Notes under the pieces: generated by a model
The model's input: only the letters and a program-made list of their open reading frames with translations
What the model was told of the DNA's origin: nothing
The model's database searches: none
Shown here: positions 63,369 to 64,000 of the stretch, one piece after another
Layout: the number at the start of each line of letters is the position of its first letter
How positions within the stretch are numbered: the first letter of the stretch is position 1
Program-made: the position numbers and the translations under genes
NCBI GenBank assembly: GCA_964532485.1
Contig: CAZHKE010000001.1
Coordinates: 68,358 to 132,357, forward strand
DNA length: 64,000 bases
Reading direction: 5' to 3'
Source of the DNA: an uncultured Bifidobacteriaceae bacterium
GTDB lineage: Bacteria > Actinomycetota > Acidimicrobiia > IMCC26256 > PALSA-555

Positions 63369-64000
63369 GTGCACATCGACCTGACCCCCGAGCAGCGCAC
63401 GCTCCAGCTCGAGCTGCGCGAGTACTTCGAGTCCCTGATGACGCCCGAGCGTCGGGCCGAGCTCAAGGGTGGCGAGGCCGGCGGCCAGGCCTACCGGGAC
63501 CTGGTCCGCCAGCTCGGCACCGACGGGAAGCTCGGCACCGGCTGGCCGAAGGAGTACGGCGGACAGGGCCGTACACCGCTCGAGCAGTACCTCTTCTACG
63601 ACGAAGCGAACCGGGCCGGCGTGCCGCTCCCGCTCGTCACGCTCAACACCGTCGGCCCGACGATCATGGTCTATGGGTCCGAGGAGCAGAAGGAGCGCTT
63701 CCTCCCGCAGATCCTGCGGGGAGAGGTGCACTTCGCGATCGGCTACAGCGAGCCGGGCGCAGGCACCGACCTCGCGTCGCTGAGCACGCGCGCGGTGCGC
63801 GACGGCGACGAGTACGTCATCAACGGGCAGAAGGTGTTCACGACGGGCGGGCACGACGCCGACTGGGTCTGGCTCGCGTGTCGCACCGATCCCGACGCGA
63901 AGAAGCACAAGGGCATCTCGATCATCCTCGTGCCGACCGACGTGCCCGGCTTCAAGCACACGCCGATCTGGGTGCTCGGCGGAGGCCACACCAACGCCAC
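63369..64000 (+). CDS. Acyl-CoA dehydrogenase, N-terminal part (continues beyond the window end)
   Basis: Own translation from GTG 63369: MHIDLTPEQRTLQLELREYFESLMTPE...GWPKEYGGQG...FAIGYSEPGAGTDLASLSTRAVRDGDEYVINGQKVFTTGGH. No stop inside the window, so it is absent from the track. Confidence 0.8.
   Translation, partial: MHIDLTPEQRTLQLELREYFESLMTPERRAELKGGEAGGQAYRDLVRQLGTDGKLGTGWPKEYGGQGRTPLEQYLFYDEANRAGVPLPLVTLNTVGPTIMVYGSEEQKERFLPQILRGEVHFAIGYSEPGAGTDLASLSTRAVRDGDEYVINGQKVFTTGGHDADWVWLACRTDPDAKKHKGISIILVPTDVPGFKHTPIWVLGGGHTNA

Overview
Very GC-rich (by eye about 70 percent, with G/C-dominated third codon positions), gene-dense chromosomal segment that looks like a lipid / steroid / alicyclic-acid catabolic island of an Actinomycetota genome. 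I support about 60 protein-coding genes. They sit in tightly packed operons, many joined by GTGA/ATGA start-stop overlaps. Recognisable families: 4 acyl-CoA synthetases (one truncated by the window start), 10 SDRs including one degenerate copy, 3 crotonases, 2 acyl-CoA dehydrogenases (one truncated by the window end), a thiolase, a thiolase-like protein next to a stand-alone DUF35 protein, alpha-methylacyl-CoA racemase, a second atypical family III CoA-transferase, a cytochrome P450, 2 Rieske oxygenases (one KshA-like), 2 F420/LLM-type oxidoreductases, a PPOX-class protein, 3 hotdog thioesterases, 2 HSL-type esterases, an epoxide-hydrolase-like hydrolase, 2 D-aminoacylase-like amidohydrolases, an amidohydrolase_2 protein, an M24 peptidase plus a degenerate M24 partner, aldehyde and Zn-alcohol dehydrogenases, a cyclase, a BKACE enzyme, an MFS transporter, and a LivJ-type ABC importer with two tandem binding proteins, a fused permease and a fused ATPase. 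The only regulator gene is one TetR-family gene. I saw no rRNA, tRNA, CRISPR array, transposase, integrase or phage gene. Signals not explained by the ORF track: (1) two tandem desulforedoxin-like mini-ORFs (41 and 47 aa) at the head of a crotonase/ligase operon; (2) a CTGACG-N3-CGTCAG palindrome in three divergent promoter regions; (3) two KstR-type boxes (TnnAACnnGTTnnA) in front of the two paralogous ABC binding-protein genes; (4) a family of about 38-bp hairpin repeats with a conserved loop; (5) an 18-bp perfect palindrome in front of a Rieske / methyltransferase / TetR operon; (6) a 54-bp perfect direct repeat bracketing a secreted-protein gene; (7) a 30-bp tandem duplication; (8) a protein carrying the exact Coq4 zinc motif; (9) an SDR gene remnant. 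All functional calls come from motif and family recognition by eye. No database search was possible.
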